Virus record (IMG/VR): IMGVR_UViG_3300045283_000116
Coordinates: 1-64,000 of that record
DNA: 64,000 bases
From: a virus
Reading direction: 5' to 3' (one strand)
Shown one piece after another: positions 18,965 to 27,769 of this stretch. A program made the translations under genes and the position numbers. Numbering within the stretch: position 1 is the first letter of the stretch; each line of letters opens with the position of its first letter. The notes beneath the pieces are model-generated. The model made no database searches. It saw nothing but the letters and a program-made list of their open reading frames with translations, and was not told the DNA's origin.

Positions 18965-18970
18965 ATTAGG
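18958..18970 (+). promoter_or_regulatory. Late promoter-like motif (copy 2, protease)
   Basis: Exact GTCGTAGATTAGG; TAGATT 7 nt before GTG 18975. Confidence 0.75.
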
Positions 18971-18974
18971 TGGC

Positions 18975-20288
18975 GTGGCCGTCACCGCCGTGAAGCCCAA
19001 GACGTTCTCGTTCTTCCGCGGCGACCATCTCTATCTCGTCTCGCCCGTCACGCCCTTCGAGCCCGCCGAAACCGAGATCGAGGAGTTCGCGTTCGCCAAC
19101 CACATGAAGACGGTCGCGCCGAACCCGAACATCCTGTGGCTCCAGGGCCAGTACGTCGAGGGCGACAAGCCGAACCTCAACGGCGCGATGTGGGCCGGGG
19201 ACGAGCTGGCGATCAAGAGCCTGACGCCGAACTTCATGCCCGTCTCGGTGATGCACGATCCCTCGACGGCAGTCGGGCTTATCGCGGACACGAAGCTCGT
19301 CCTGCCCGAGGAGGGCGGCGTCGAGCACGCGCGTCTGGACAACACGATCGGCGTGTGGAGGCACCGCTTCCCCGAGGTCGCCGAGGAGATCGCAGAGAAC
19401 TACAAGTCCGGGACGCTGATGCAGTCGATGGAGTGCCTGCCGACGCACTACGACTGCTCGGTCTGCGGCAAGGTGTTCCCGAAGCTGCCCGGCGGCGCTG
19501 AGGAGGCGCAGTGGTGCGTCCATCTCAAGGGTGAGGAAGGCGCTCGGGCCGCTCGTATATTACGGAACGTCTGCTTCACCGGGACCGGATTGATCTTCGG
19601 ATCGCGGGGCGTCAAGGGGGCACTTCCCTCCGCTCACCTTGAAGTTCTTGAGGACGAGGTCGCCGCTTTCCACGAGGCCGTACACAAGACTCCAGGCGCA
19701 AAGCCCAAACCACGCGGAGGAAAGCGAACCATGGAAATCGAAGACGGGCGCTACCAGGAGCTCATCGCGGCCGAGGCGAAGCTCAAGGAACTGGAGCCCA
19801 AGCTCGCGACGGCCGAGGACTCGGCCTCGAAGGTGCCCGACCTCGAGAAGAAGGTCGAGACGCTGGAGGTCGAGAAGAAGGCCGCCGTAGACGAGGCGGC
19901 TCAGATCAAGACCGAGAAGGAAGCCCTGGAGGAGACCGCGCGCTCTGCGACTCTCGCCACGGAGCGCCTCTCGAAGGTCGGCGAGCCCTTCAAGGCCAAG
20001 CTGCCAGAGACCGTCAAGGCCAAGCTCGACGAGCAGGCCAAGGTGCTGTCCGATGAGGACTGGACCGCGCGGCTCGAGGAGCTGGCGGCGCTGACCGGCG
20101 TCAAGCCCGACGCCGAGGGCAGCAAGGACGACAAGGACAAGGACAAGCACACCTTCACTGCCGAGGAGATCGCGGCCAGCCGTCTCGGCGGCGGCGGTGA
20201 GCCCTCGACCTCGGAGCCGTCCCCGGAGGCTCGCCGGTCCGTCATCGGTTCGCTCGTCGGGGCCGGAGCGAGCAAGGACGACAAGTAG
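18975..20288 (+). CDS. Capsid maturation protease fused to scaffold
   Basis: NLNG..W, VMHD, MQSMEC..CSVCG..CVHL, FTGTGLI; C-terminal coiled coil. Confidence 0.8.
   Translation: MAVTAVKPKTFSFFRGDHLYLVSPVTPFEPAETEIEEFAFANHMKTVAPNPNILWLQGQYVEGDKPNLNGAMWAGDELAIKSLTPNFMPVSVMHDPSTAVGLIADTKLVLPEEGGVEHARLDNTIGVWRHRFPEVAEEIAENYKSGTLMQSMECLPTHYDCSVCGKVFPKLPGGAEEAQWCVHLKGEEGARAARILRNVCFTGTGLIFGSRGVKGALPSAHLEVLEDEVAAFHEAVHKTPGAKPKPRGGKRTMEIEDGRYQELIAAEAKLKELEPKLATAEDSASKVPDLEKKVETLEVEKKAAVDEAAQIKTEKEALEETARSATLATERLSKVGEPFKAKLPETVKAKLDEQAKVLSDEDWTARLEELAALTGVKPDAEGSKDDKDKDKHTFTAEEIAASRLGGGGEPSTSEPSPEARRSVIGSLVGAGASKDDK
19731..20288 (+). CDS. Nested in-frame scaffold protein (internal start)
   Basis: GGAGGA RBS before in-frame ATG 19731, which begins the coiled coil. 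Confidence 0.55.
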   Translation: MEIEDGRYQELIAAEAKLKELEPKLATAEDSASKVPDLEKKVETLEVEKKAAVDEAAQIKTEKEALEETARSATLATERLSKVGEPFKAKLPETVKAKLDEQAKVLSDEDWTARLEELAALTGVKPDAEGSKDDKDKDKHTFTAEEIAASRLGGGGEPSTSEPSPEARRSVIGSLVGAGASKDDK

Positions 20289-20330
20289 GGCCAGTCGGCC
20301 GACCCCTCACACACCAGGAGATACCTCGAA

Positions 20331-20912
20331 ATGACCCCGCCCGACACTGGCTCCTTCCCTCTCTCCGGCGTTGCCGCTGGCGCGACCACTCAGCTTCCGA
20401 ACGTCTCCGTGGCGTTCCCCGGCGAGCACTGGTCGGATGGCAAGGCAGCCGTCGCCATCGACCCCGGTTCGATGATCGTCCCGCTCAACTCCGGGGGCAA
20501 GCTGTACTGGCAGATCGCGTCGGCGGGTGCCGTGGACCCGCGCTCGGCGATCGCGCTGCGCCCGGTGATGGTCCCGGACCTGAACACGGGCTCGCAGTAC
20601 GGCACGGCGCTCGGCCCGAACGAGATCGTCAACCTCGTGCTGAACCCCGGCGAGTACGTGCACTCCTACCACTCGGGGGCGTTCCATCTGACGCTCATCA
20701 AGCCGGACGCGGCCTACGTGCCGGGGGACCTGATCGGCTGGGACCCGGCCGGTGCGCGGCCACAGGGCAAGGGGCAGACGAACGGGACGGGTTCGTGGAT
20801 GCGCGGCGTTGCCGCGGCGAACGCGCTGTTCACCGTCCAGGAGTTCCGGCCGTACAACACGGCGGGGACCGAGGGCGTTCTCACCGTCAGGAGTCTCCGC
20901 GGCCAGTTCTAG
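20331..20912 (+). CDS. Capsid decoration/cement protein
   Basis: Between scaffold and MCP, beta-rich, AGGAG RBS. Confidence 0.6.
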   Translation: MTPPDTGSFPLSGVAAGATTQLPNVSVAFPGEHWSDGKAAVAIDPGSMIVPLNSGGKLYWQIASAGAVDPRSAIALRPVMVPDLNTGSQYGTALGPNEIVNLVLNPGEYVHSYHSGAFHLTLIKPDAAYVPGDLIGWDPAGARPQGKGQTNGTGSWMRGVAAANALFTVQEFRPYNTAGTEGVLTVRSLRGQF

Positions 20913-20945
20913 GCGTCCGCGGCAAATCACGAGTAAGGAGCACAC

Positions 20946-21884
20946 ATGGACGCCGTCATCTTCAACACGCTGGCGAAGGTCGCCGCGGAGACGGACAAGG
21001 TCAAGCGGGCACAGCTCAAGGCCGAGACGAACATCGAACTCGCGTCGCACTTCGCGCGTCACGGCATGGACATGGAGGAGCTCGCGTACGACCTCCTGAA
21101 CCAGGCGTGGGGCGACGCGATGCAGGGCAACATCGTCGGCTCGGTTATCGAGGTCAAGACGGTCGGCCTCGGCGATGTCGATTTCGTGGAGGAGAACCTC
21201 CGCGGGATGCGCGCGTACTGGCAGGGCAAGGGCGGCCAGATCCGCTCGGACATCCTGCGCTACGAGCGTTCCCAGATGCCGCGTGAGGAGATCGTCGCGG
21301 CGATCGACATGCACCAGGACGAGCTCGCGCTCAACTTCTGGGGCTCGCTCGACAAGCTGTCCAGCCACGCGCAGGACAAGATGGAGATCCTCCCGGCGCA
21401 GCGGCTCATCGAGCTCATCCAGGCCGCGATCACGACGGGCACGTACTTCGGTTCGTTCGCCGCCGCGACGCTGACCGACACGCAGATCGACACGATCCTC
21501 GACGCCGTGGCGCTGCGGTCCGGCGGCAAGGTCTCGATCCTCGGAACCTCCGTGGCGATCCGCAAGCTCGCCAACGTGGGTCTCGACTTCGGTCCCAACA
21601 TCCAGGAGCGGGTGTTCGAGACCGGCCAGATCGCGACCTACAAGGGCTACCCCGTCGTGCAGGTGGAGAACTTCGAGAACTTCGAGGGCAACTTCGTCCT
21701 GCCGAACAACGAGCTCTGGTTCGTCGGGCGCAACGCCGGTCGGCTGACCTACTACGGCAGCACCGCCAAGGTCCAGCAGTTGAAGCTCCCGAGCTTCTAC
21801 TTCCGCTGGGAGACCGCGCGCGATGCCGGGATGCTGCTCTACGGCGTGGCGAAGGGGCGTCTGGGCCGCGTCGTTCTGACCTAG
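20946..21884 (+). CDS. Major capsid protein
   Basis: 312 aa, TAAGGAG RBS, strong codon bias, IATYKGYPVVQV, followed by terminator. Confidence 0.8.
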   Translation: MDAVIFNTLAKVAAETDKVKRAQLKAETNIELASHFARHGMDMEELAYDLLNQAWGDAMQGNIVGSVIEVKTVGLGDVDFVEENLRGMRAYWQGKGGQIRSDILRYERSQMPREEIVAAIDMHQDELALNFWGSLDKLSSHAQDKMEILPAQRLIELIQAAITTGTYFGSFAAATLTDTQIDTILDAVALRSGGKVSILGTSVAIRKLANVGLDFGPNIQERVFETGQIATYKGYPVVQVENFENFEGNFVLPNNELWFVGRNAGRLTYYGSTAKVQQLKLPSFYFRWETARDAGMLLYGVAKGRLGRVVLT

Positions 21885-21908
21885 TCCCTGCCGGGGCGTG
21901 GGATTGAG

Positions 21909-21934
21909 CGGGCGGTTGAAAAGCCGCCCGTTCT
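21909..21934 (+). terminator. Intrinsic terminator after MCP
   Basis: CGGGCGGTT-GAA-AAGCCGCCCG then TTCT. Confidence 0.7.
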
Positions 21935-21944
21935 GCTGTCTGGA

Positions 21945-21957
21945 GTCGTAGATTAGG
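21945..21957 (+). promoter_or_regulatory. Late promoter-like motif (copy 3, neck genes)
   Basis: Exact GTCGTAGATTAGG directly after the terminator. Confidence 0.75.
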
Positions 21958-21989
21958 AACGGCAAACGGCTCCCTGTGGAGGACTGGCA

Positions 21990-22358
21990 ATGGCGAAGGT
22001 GAAGACAACGCGGTTCCGCAATACGAGCGCCGGATACGTCGGCGTGTCGAAGTACAAGCCCAACGGCGACGAGGACGCGATCGCCGTTGAGCCGCACGGC
22101 ACCGTGGAGCTCACGGACGAGGAGATCGAACTCACCGCCCGCGCGCCGAGGGAGCTCAAGGACAACCCGTTCCTGCCGCAGCGCTTCGAGATCCGCGACC
22201 AGAACACGGACGAGTTGATCGAGGAGGGCACCCGGCCGCTCCTGGTCGTCGACACGTCCGAGGTCTTCGTGCCGGATACCGGCAGCTTCGCCGAGGGCGA
22301 GGAGGTCGGCACTCCCGCCGCACGCAGGGTGCGCCGTCGTGCGAAGGCCGAGGCGTAG
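21990..22358 (+). CDS. Hypothetical virion-region protein
   Basis: GGAGG RBS. Confidence 0.7.
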   Translation: MAKVKTTRFRNTSAGYVGVSKYKPNGDEDAIAVEPHGTVELTDEEIELTARAPRELKDNPFLPQRFEIRDQNTDELIEEGTRPLLVVDTSEVFVPDTGSFAEGEEVGTPAARRVRRRAKAEA

Positions 22359-22933
22359 TGGCCGTCACCGTCGACGAGACGCTGACCGACATTCGGGTGC
22401 TCACCCCGCGGATCAGGCGCGCCCTCGAAGGTACGGGCGCGCCGGTCCTGACCGACGACCAGATCAAGGACATCACTGCCGACGCGATGGCGGACGTGAC
22501 GCTGTATCTCGGCAGCGTCTTCGGCAAGCAGTTGGTCGTCACGGAGACGGACGCGAACGGCGCGCCGATCGAATACGCCACCACGGAGGAGCTCAGCCTC
22601 CAGGAGGGCTCGGTCATCGCGGCCCAGGCGGCGCTGGACTACTTCTTCTTCCAGTTCGCCGGGATGAAGGTCTCGGAGACGATCTCGGACGAGGCGTCGT
22701 CGTGGGAGTACGCGCTGTCGCCGTCGCTGCTCGCCAACCAGCTCAAGCTGTTGCAGCAGGAGCGCGACAAGGCGCTGGAGGCGCTGGCGGGCAACATGGA
22801 CCCGCTGGAGCACTTCATGGACTTCGTCTACGCGCGCGACGCGGTAACGGCACGCATGATCGAGCCGTGGGTCCTCAACCAGGGCGTCGGCGGGCAGGCG
22901 GGCTTCTTCGACGAGCGCTTCGGGACGTACTAG
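22358..22933 (+). CDS. Head-tail adaptor (positional)
   Basis: Helical, follows MCP region. Confidence 0.55.
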   Translation: MAVTVDETLTDIRVLTPRIRRALEGTGAPVLTDDQIKDITADAMADVTLYLGSVFGKQLVVTETDANGAPIEYATTEELSLQEGSVIAAQAALDYFFFQFAGMKVSETISDEASSWEYALSPSLLANQLKLLQQERDKALEALAGNMDPLEHFMDFVYARDAVTARMIEPWVLNQGVGGQAGFFDERFGTY

Positions 22934-23391
22934 TGGTCGTCATCACGCCCGATCTGGCGGGCTACGAGGAGGCCCACAACCGGGCTCGCGACTACATGGG
23001 CGTGCCGATCGTCCTGTTCGGCCCGGTGGAGAGCACCTGGCCGCCGGGCACACCGGTCGATCCTCTGACTGGAGTCCCGATGGACCCGACGCTCGAGCCC
23101 ATCTCCTCGGCCGCGGCTTCGGCGCTCGTCCACGGCAAGGTCGGCTTCCGGGCGGTGATCCGCGGGTTTAGCGCAGGCTCGTCGGAGGACAAGTCGGCCG
23201 GAGTCATGGACCGCGCCGACGTGATGCTGATCCTGCCGTCTGCCGCTGCGTCCGCGGTCACCGCGATCGACGCCCAGAGCTTCGAGGCGCGCGACTGGAC
23301 CTGCAAGATCGAGACCTACAAGTTCGACGGCGTCGCCGGGATCGACCGCTTCCTGATCTACGGTAGGCGCATCTCGGAGCCACGGCTGTGA
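22933..23391 (+). CDS. Head closure/stopper (positional)
   Basis: TAGTG overlap, beta-rich, PVDPLTG. Confidence 0.5.
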   Translation: MVVITPDLAGYEEAHNRARDYMGVPIVLFGPVESTWPPGTPVDPLTGVPMDPTLEPISSAAASALVHGKVGFRAVIRGFSAGSSEDKSAGVMDRADVMLILPSAAASAVTAIDAQSFEARDWTCKIETYKFDGVAGIDRFLIYGRRISEPRL

Positions 23392-23873
23392 TCTCCCGCG
23401 AAGACCTGATCGACAAGTCCGTCCGCGAGTTCGCCCGGCAGTATCTCGTCACGCGCGGCTACGGGCCGGACAAGCTGCGCTGGATCGAGAGCTTCCCGCA
23501 CTCGCTGGAGTCGCTGGACGGCGTGTCACTCGCCGCGGTCGGCTTCAACTTCGACGACGAGGGTCGCGAGGCCGAGATGGGCTCGTCGCTCACAGAGCGC
23601 AACTACACGATCGAGTTCTTCGTCTTCGGCGTCGACATGGAGATCGCGCGCAACGTCGCGAACTGGATGAAGTTCGCACTGGAGTCCGACGAACAGGGCA
23701 CGCTCCCGCTCATGGACTACGGCCAAGACCCGCCTGTCGAGATCGACCGGCTGCGCGTCGACGGCGTGTCGACGCATCACCAGGCGTTCCTTGACCCCGA
23801 GCCGTGGCAGGAGTTCACCTGGCTCACGACCGTCCGCGTGGAGGACATCTACTACGCCTCGACGCTGGCCTGA
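23388..23873 (+). CDS. Tail terminator (positional)
   Basis: YTIEFFVFG...ARNVANWMKFAL pattern. Confidence 0.55.
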   Translation: MISREDLIDKSVREFARQYLVTRGYGPDKLRWIESFPHSLESLDGVSLAAVGFNFDDEGREAEMGSSLTERNYTIEFFVFGVDMEIARNVANWMKFALESDEQGTLPLMDYGQDPPVEIDRLRVDGVSTHHQAFLDPEPWQEFTWLTTVRVEDIYYASTLA

Positions 23874-24568
23874 TGGCGCAGTGGTACGACATCTTCGTCG
23901 TCGAGGATGTCGGGCCGATCTACGAGCACTTCGACCGCATCATCATCCAACTCAGGGAGCTTGAGGCCGCGGGCGTTGCGGGCATCGCGGGAGCGGGGTT
24001 CCTGGCGAGGGTCCAGAAGTCGCTCCTGAACTTCATGGACGGGCTGGAGTTGGCGGCTCGCACCGCGGCGGTCCAAGCCCAGCAGGAGATCGTCGGGAAG
24101 ATCGCGGCAACCCAGGTCCGCCCCGACACCGGGCGACGCCCCGGCCTGGCTGCTGCGATACGCACGGCGGTGCTGGAGCCACGCGGGGGCCTGCCGACCG
24201 GGGCGGTCGGCGTCGGCAACATCAATACGCTCGATCGCCTCACGACACGGAGCGGCAGGATGGCGCGCTACGGCCCGTACTGGCGTTCCCAGGAGTACGG
24301 CTTCCGGCCGCGCGGTCGCCAGCTTTCGGGCATCCGCGGCTTCTTCACGGGACCGGGCTTCGGGAACGTCGCGCCGAGTCCCGGCGCGTTCCGCGATCAG
24401 CCCACATTCGAGGCCCGGCGCGGCGGACCTCTGATGCGTCCGAGCGGCTACCAGGGCCGGTTCTTCCTGCGTGACGGCTCCGCCGCCGCCTTCGCCGCCT
24501 ACAAGCGGGAGCTCCTGGCGCTCCAGGACCGGATCGACGCCGAGCTCGCGCCGATCCTCCGCTACTGA
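23873..24568 (+). CDS. Neck/tail completion protein (positional)
   Basis: Basic; PYWRSQEYG and GRFFLRDG motifs. Confidence 0.5.
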   Translation: MAQWYDIFVVEDVGPIYEHFDRIIIQLRELEAAGVAGIAGAGFLARVQKSLLNFMDGLELAARTAAVQAQQEIVGKIAATQVRPDTGRRPGLAAAIRTAVLEPRGGLPTGAVGVGNINTLDRLTTRSGRMARYGPYWRSQEYGFRPRGRQLSGIRGFFTGPGFGNVAPSPGAFRDQPTFEARRGGPLMRPSGYQGRFFLRDGSAAAFAAYKRELLALQDRIDAELAPILRY

Positions 24569-24591
24569 GCGTCTGTCAGAGAGCGCCTCCA

Positions 24592-24604
24592 GTCGTAGAT
24601 TAGG
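24592..24604 (+). promoter_or_regulatory. Late promoter-like motif (copy 4, tail genes)
   Basis: Exact GTCGTAGATTAGG, intergenic. Confidence 0.75.
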
Positions 24605-24634
24605 AGCGCAACGGCGACGTAGGCAAGGACTGGC

Positions 24635-24898
24635 GTGGACCGAGAGCAGTATCTCCACAGGCGGAAGGCGAAGTACATGGCTCAGACGCTTGAGGAGTTC
24701 GAGAACAAGATCGAGCCCCTCTTGCCGGACACGACAGAAGCACGCGAGGCGCGGGACCACTTCAAGGGCCTGTGCCGAGGGCGCTTCAACGGACTGGCAG
24801 TCGACGGCTGTGAACTGCTCAAGCTGGATGGGATTTCCGAGATCAACGGCGTCGCGCAAGGCATTCGAGACCAACTTTCGCCCGTCGGCCGACCCTGA
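24635..24898 (+). CDS. Hypothetical protein
   Basis: AAGGA RBS. Confidence 0.6.
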   Translation: MDREQYLHRRKAKYMAQTLEEFENKIEPLLPDTTEAREARDHFKGLCRGRFNGLAVDGCELLKLDGISEINGVAQGIRDQLSPVGRP

Positions 24899-24919
24899 CA
24901 CCAGGAGCAACGAGACCAT

Positions 24920-26185
24920 ATGAGCGTCAACGCCGGTTCCATCATCCACGTCGCGGGCAACAGCGTCATCGACCGTCTCCAGTCGGCCGGTCTGAGCAAC
25001 GTCAACGTCCCGCTGACGGTCGTCCAGGAGATCGGCAACGACTCGATCGTCGACAAGATCCCCGGCGACCCGCAGTTCACGTTCTCGATGGAGTCGTGGG
25101 ATGTCTCCACCGAGCTCGAAGCCCTCCTCATGGGCGAGCACGCCACCAGCGGCAGCTTCGCATCCGGCCAGGCGCTCGACGTGACGGACGCGGACGGCAC
25201 CGAGTACAAGTTCTCCAAGTGCCAGTACGTCACGATCGCCTCGCCGTGGAAGGACCCGCTGTCCTCCGGTGGCGTCGTCAACGCGGGCCATCTTGTTCCC
25301 GCCTACTGGCCGACCCGGATCAGCTACTCCTACGGTGTCAGCGACCAGGCCGCGGAGACCGTCGAGCTCTCGGGCGGGGCGTTCTACTACGCCAAGGGCG
25401 CGCCGGTCGAGCAGTTCGCCGCGGGCGGGTCCGCGAGCTACGTCACGTCGGACCCGGCGATCCCGTACCGCATCGGCGGCGCGGCGGGCACGACGTTCAA
25501 GTCCGTCTTCGGCGTGATCGTCAACGGCGCGGTGATGATCGAGGGCGTCGACTACACGTCGACGCCGACCAACTCGCCGAACCCGGCCGTCGCCACCATC
25601 ACGTTCACCACGGCGACCCCGGCCACGGACGTGAACGGCCAGCCGACCGTCGTCAAGTTCTCCTACTTCACGACCGCGGCCAAGTCGTTCCCGCAGCCGG
25701 TCCACGCGAGCGTCATCACGAAGCCGGGCGCGGTCCGCGGCCGCAACATCTGCGTCTACCTGACCGATGCGAAGCTCAAGCTGGCGAGCGTCCAGCAGTT
25801 CACGCTGGAGGGCACCGTCACCGGTCAGTTCGACTACGAGTTCTGCAACATGGACTCGATCGGCTACACGGTCACGCAGCGCGACGTGAACGGCACGATC
25901 ACCGTGCGCTCGCGCGACGCGGCAGCGTTCTTCTCGATGCTGTCGGAGATGACCGGCGTCGCCCCGGCCGAGGTCCAGGGCTGGCTGAACCAGAACGCGA
26001 TCAAGCTCGAGGTCCAGATCCAGAACCCGAAGAACCCGGCGGCGATCCTCAAGACGCTGTACGTGTCGGACGCGATCTTCCAGACCCCGGCGACCCCGGC
26101 CCGCGTGAACACGCCGACCGATTTCGTCATCAACTACACGAGCCAGAGCGGTGAGTTCTCGGCGTTCAAGGGGTTGAGGCCCTGA
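24920..26185 (+). CDS. Major tail tube protein
   Basis: 421 aa beta-rich, upstream of chaperone and TMP; EGVDYT insert. Confidence 0.75.
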   Translation: MSVNAGSIIHVAGNSVIDRLQSAGLSNVNVPLTVVQEIGNDSIVDKIPGDPQFTFSMESWDVSTELEALLMGEHATSGSFASGQALDVTDADGTEYKFSKCQYVTIASPWKDPLSSGGVVNAGHLVPAYWPTRISYSYGVSDQAAETVELSGGAFYYAKGAPVEQFAAGGSASYVTSDPAIPYRIGGAAGTTFKSVFGVIVNGAVMIEGVDYTSTPTNSPNPAVATITFTTATPATDVNGQPTVVKFSYFTTAAKSFPQPVHASVITKPGAVRGRNICVYLTDAKLKLASVQQFTLEGTVTGQFDYEFCNMDSIGYTVTQRDVNGTITVRSRDAAAFFSMLSEMTGVAPAEVQGWLNQNAIKLEVQIQNPKNPAAILKTLYVSDAIFQTPATPARVNTPTDFVINYTSQSGEFSAFKGLRP

Positions 26186-26475
26186 TGGCACAGGTCCACC
26201 AGTTCGGGGCGGGCGACAAGGGCGGCATCGTCGACCGGGTCAGCCTGCTCGCGATGGTCAATGGTCTCGGCGGGCGGGTTCCGACGCCGGTCAAGGCGAG
26301 CCGGGTCGCCCGGTTCCTGCACCCGCGGGGCACCATCACGACGGCGGAAGTTCGCGCCGTTGCGGCGTCGAACGCGACGCTCGTGACCGACGACGGCTCC
26401 GGCAACCTCACGCTCACGGGCACGGGGCTCAGGCAGGCGCGCTCGCGCATGTCCCCGAGGTACTGCATCCGATAG
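26185..26475 (+). CDS. Hypothetical protein
   Basis: TGATG overlap. Confidence 0.55.
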   Translation: MAQVHQFGAGDKGGIVDRVSLLAMVNGLGGRVPTPVKASRVARFLHPRGTITTAEVRAVAASNATLVTDDGSGNLTLTGTGLRQARSRMSPRYCIR

Positions 26476-26576
26476 CACCCCTCATAGGGCTGACGGCCCG
26501 CTCGACGGCACAAGCGGCTCATGGAGCCAGGCAAGCAGGAAAGGCGCGACTCCGGTCGCACGGCGAAAGGAACGAT

Positions 26577-27452
26577 ATGACCGACGTAGCTGTCGAGGAG
26601 ATCGAGGAAGTCACCGTAGTGCCCGACGAGATGAGCCCGGAACTCCGGGCTCTGTTCACGTTCTCGACGTGGGTCCACGTCGGTCTGGGGGCGGAGGAGT
26701 GCGACGCCGTCGACACGGAGGCGGGGACGAACGGGTGCGTGGACCCGGCGCACATCCACGTCTGGTGCCGCCTGCCCAACGGCCTCCAGCTTCGCGTCAT
26801 CGCGGAGAAGGCGCGGGCGGCCAAGGCCCGGCGCGCGCGCGAGCTTCGCGACGACCAGACCGACTCGCACGCCGTCCTCGAAGACGAGGTCGCCGACCTG
26901 ATCGACGCGGGCGAGAAGGAGCCGCTCGTGGACGTGCTCGTCGGCCGCGAGTGGTTCAAGCACTACCTGCGCGCACGCAACGAGGTCGAAGCCACCGAGG
27001 CCGAGCCCGACGAGGACGACGGGCCATTCGCGCACATCGACGACGACCAGGAGCGCCTGCTGGCGATCAGCCGGATGCCCGAGGCCGATCAGCCGAAGGA
27101 CGAACGGGAGTCGCTGGATAAGCACGTCCGCCGCTACCAGGATCTCGTCGAGGCCAAGCTGGAGGAGTACCTCGAGCCCGAGCGCGAGGGTCTGCGGCTA
27201 CTGGAGATGGAGGCGCTGGTCGAGCGAGTCCGCCGCGACCTCATCCAGCAGGACGCGATGGCCGTCTTCCAGCACGAGTACGCCATCCATGAGTGGCTGC
27301 TGTGCACCACGGACGCGCCGCACGGCAAGCGGCGCTGGATGACCGCCGAGGACATGGAGAACGAGCCGCCGGAACTCATCGACACCGTCAAGGACGCCTA
27401 CGAGCGTCTGGAGCGCGAGCAGAGGACGCTGACCCAGGGAAAAGCCTCCTGA
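26577..27452 (+). CDS. Tail assembly chaperone (G)
   Basis: Acidic helical, ends at a slippery site upstream of TMP. Confidence 0.75.
   Translation: MTDVAVEEIEEVTVVPDEMSPELRALFTFSTWVHVGLGAEECDAVDTEAGTNGCVDPAHIHVWCRLPNGLQLRVIAEKARAAKARRARELRDDQTDSHAVLEDEVADLIDAGEKEPLVDVLVGREWFKHYLRARNEVEATEAEPDEDDGPFAHIDDDQERLLAISRMPEADQPKDERESLDKHVRRYQDLVEAKLEEYLEPEREGLRLLEMEALVERVRRDLIQQDAMAVFQHEYAIHEWLLCTTDAPHGKRRWMTAEDMENEPPELIDTVKDAYERLEREQRTLTQGKAS
27437..27443 (+). other. -1 programmed ribosomal frameshift site G GGA AAA
   Basis: CAG GGA AAA GCC TCC TGA; -1 frame reads on (SLLTSDEWLSIV...) to 27769. Confidence 0.85.
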
Positions 27453-27769
27453 CCTCGGACGAGTGGCTGAGCATCGTCAAGCTCGCCCGCGACCTGGGGT
27501 CGATCGACCACCTACTGCCAGATCACGTTGAAAGCCTCATCGACATCCCGTACACGCTGGCCGCAGCCATCAGCCTTGCGACGACAGTCTGGAATTGGCG
27601 CGAGAACCTCGCGTCCGACGAGATCCCTCCGCGGCACATCTGGCTGGACGGTGAGCTTGTGACCGACTGGTTCGCCGAGGTCGACGCCGCCCGCGAGCGC
27701 AAGTACAAGGGCGAGCCGGACGGGGAGCAGAACGAGGCCGTGAACGCCCTGGTGGTCGGCGATGGCTGA
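27440..27769 (+). CDS. Tail assembly chaperone frameshift extension (T)
   Basis: No start of its own; EIPPRHIWLDGELVTDWF. Confidence 0.75.
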   Translation, partial: KSLLTSDEWLSIVKLARDLGSIDHLLPDHVESLIDIPYTLAAAISLATTVWNWRENLASDEIPPRHIWLDGELVTDWFAEVDAARERKYKGEPDGEQNEAVNALVVGDG

